A stretch of 64,000 bases of DNA from Alphaproteobacteria bacterium (GTDB lineage: Bacteria; Pseudomonadota; Alphaproteobacteria; UBA828): NCBI GenBank assembly GCA_965237415.1, contig CBDEFM010000001.1, positions 608,001 to 672,000 on the forward strand, written 5' to 3'. The position numbers and the translations under genes are program-made. Shown in pieces: positions 62,106 through 64,000 of this stretch. The notes beneath the pieces are model-generated. The model searched no databases and was not told the origin of the DNA. It saw nothing but the letters and a program-made list of their open reading frames with translations. Numbering within the stretch: the stretch's first letter is position 1; every line of letters starts with the position of its first letter.

Positions 62106-63543
62106 GGAGCTATGGCCGAGAGTGGGTGACGGGCTGAGAGAAGGAGGTGGCGTATTGTGGGGGGTGACGAAGCCTCCCGGTCTCCAAGCAAGGAGTGATA
62201 CGCCATGACGGAAGAGATAGTGTTGTCGCGCTGCACCATCCAGGGGTGACGGCCGATCCGCTGACCGAAGTACTCCGCGCCGGAGCTCGCGAGCTCCTGG
62301 CACAGGCCATTGAAGCGGAGGTTGCCGCCGTGCTGGCGGCGCATGAACATCTGAAGACCGAAGACGGCCGCCGGCGCCTGGTGCGTCATGGCCACGGGCC
62401 GGAACGGGCGATCCTGACTGGGTCATGGCCACGGGCCGGAACGGGCGATCCTGACTGGCATTGGTCCTGTGTCTGTGCGGCGCCCGAAGGTCCGGGACCG
62501 TGGCAGCGTCGGAGGAGAGCGCATCCGTTTCACGTCGGCCATTCTGCCCCGTTTCGCGCGGCGGACGCGGTCGCTGGATGCGGTTTTGCCGACGCTCTAC
62601 CTTCGTGGCGTGTCCAGCGGGGACTTCCAGGAGGCGCTGGAGGCGTTGCTCGGCAAGGACGCCTCTGGCTTGTCGGCGCAGGTGATCGGCCGCCTGAAGG
62701 CGGAGTGGGAGGCCGAGCACGAGCGCTGGCGCCGGCGCGACCTGTCGGCCCGACGCTACGTCTACATGTGGGCCGATGGCATCTATCTCCAGGGTCGGCT
62801 GGAGGACGAGAAGCAATGCATTCTGGTCCTCGTCCTCATCGGCGCCACGCCTGAGGGACGCAAGGAACTCGTGGGCTTCCAGGCGGGGGTGCGCGAGAGC
62901 GCCCAGAGCTGGCGTGAGTTGCTGGCATGCCTGCGCGGGCGCGGGCTCACGATTGGTCCCGAGCTCGCCATCGGCGATGGCGCTCTGGGCTTCTGGAGGG
63001 CGCTGGAGGAGATCTTTCCCGACACCCGCCGCCAGCGCTGCTGGGTCCACAAGACAGCCAATGTCTTGAACAAGCTGGCGAAGTCGCGACAAACGGCCGC
63101 CAAAGCTGCCCTGCATGATATCTGGATGGCGGATGGCCGCGCCGAGGCCGAGAGGGCGATGAATACTTTCGCCGCCAAGTACGACGCCACATACCCCCAA
63201 GCCGTCGCCTGCTTGACAAAGGACCGCGACGCCTTGCTGGCCTTCTACGACTTCCCGGCCGAGCACTGGCGGCATATCAGGACGACCAATCCAATCGAAA
63301 GCGTCTTCGCTACCGTCCGCCACCGCACCGTGCGCACCAAGGGCTGCTTGTCTCACGGGACAACTCTGGCCATGGTCTTCAAGCCGATCACCACCGCCAG
63401 CAAGACCTGGCGGCGGCTCATGGGAAACAATCGGTTGCCCAAGGTCATCGAAGGTGTGAGATTCAAAGACGGTATGCAGGTCGACGAAACCAAAACTCGC
63501 GCCGCCGCCTGATCACGCCGTCACCCAAAATCGGGCATAACTC
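62106..63543 (+). mobile_element. IS256-family element
   Basis: IRs GAGCTATGGCCGAGAGTGGGTGACGG / CCGTCACCCAAAATCGGGCATAACTC; 8-bp TSD GACCTCGC (62098-105 / 63544-51). Confidence 0.92.
62205..63512 (+). pseudogene. IS256 transposase frameshifted by a 37-bp tandem duplication
   Basis: WADGIY, GDGALG, QRCWVHK, RTTNPIES; duplicated unit 62385-62421 / 62422-62458. Confidence 0.9.
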
Positions 63544-63697
63544 GACCTCGCTCGACTTCTTCCACAAGCTCGGTTTCGAAACGCACAACTTCGGCGACCA
63601 CAACTACGGTATCGCCGTCCGCGAGCACATCGAGATCCACTTCTGGCTTTGCACCGACAGGCACGTTGCCGAGAACACCTCCCGCTACGTCCGTGTG

Positions 63698-64000
63698 CCG
63701 TGTCGAACGCCGGCGTCTGGCGCTCAAGCCCGGCGCCGTAATGCTCCAGCCGCGCCTCGTTCAGGCGGTAGATCGACGCGATCCGCTCGATCCATCCCCG
63801 GCACCATTCCGTCAGGCTGACCTGGCCGGCCGCGCACTCGATAAAATCGCGCCGTTGATGAGACCAGCAGAACGCAAGGGTCACCAGCCCCCCGCGAAGG
63901 CGAGCGAGCCGCTTGTAGGCGCTATAGCGGTCGCAGACGATGACCGTGTGGAGGAGGGCCGCCGCGAACAGCTTCTCCGCCGCTTCGGCGCTGCGCGAAG
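63698..64000 (-). pseudogene. IS66 transposase fragment (paralog of 42932-43283; continues past the window end)
   Basis: CDRYSAYK, AFCWSHQRRDF, YRLNEARL. Confidence 0.88.

Larger units (their letters stand above)
62024..63697 (+). pseudogene. Bleomycin-resistance/VOC-family gene interrupted by IS256 and truncated by IS66
   Basis: Rejoined: AIPVLASLEIATS-LDFFHKLGF...YGIAVREHIEIHFWLCTDRHVAENTSRYVRV. Confidence 0.8.

Overview
High-GC proteobacterial DNA; a marine or host-associated origin is an inference from gene content only. About half the window is accessory. From left to right: a type I secretion pair (PrtD/PrtE-like) with a collapsed substrate remnant; a LysR/D-cysteine desulfhydrase/Rieske oxygenase/MDR cluster; and relaxase, integrase and IS4 debris with a HEPN protein and a secreted S1 protease. 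Next is a mobilizable MOBF element (leading region with SSB, TOPRIM, DUF2493 and a six-repeat zinc-finger protein; an oriT readable by eye; RHH, PLD nuclease, RES toxin-antitoxin, relaxase, coupling protein, second SSB). Then come a nested IS pile (IS66 < IS110 < IS1595; IS21 remnant < rve-type IS), a myo-inositol catabolic operon, an amidase/GcvT-family locus and further IS630/IS256/IS66 insertions. The most striking signal is the IS110 element at 40422-42931. Its left non-coding end contains four segments, in bridge-RNA order, that match its own reconstructed target and donor. The target is the conserved P-L-D-N-N coding motif of an IS66 transposase, suggesting an RNA-guided recombinase programmed against another transposon. 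Also notable are a two-copy 117-bp MITE carrying tandem NrdR-box-like motifs and an IS66 variant carrying a DUF4338/DruA-like gene. All calls come from reading the sequence; no database searches were run.
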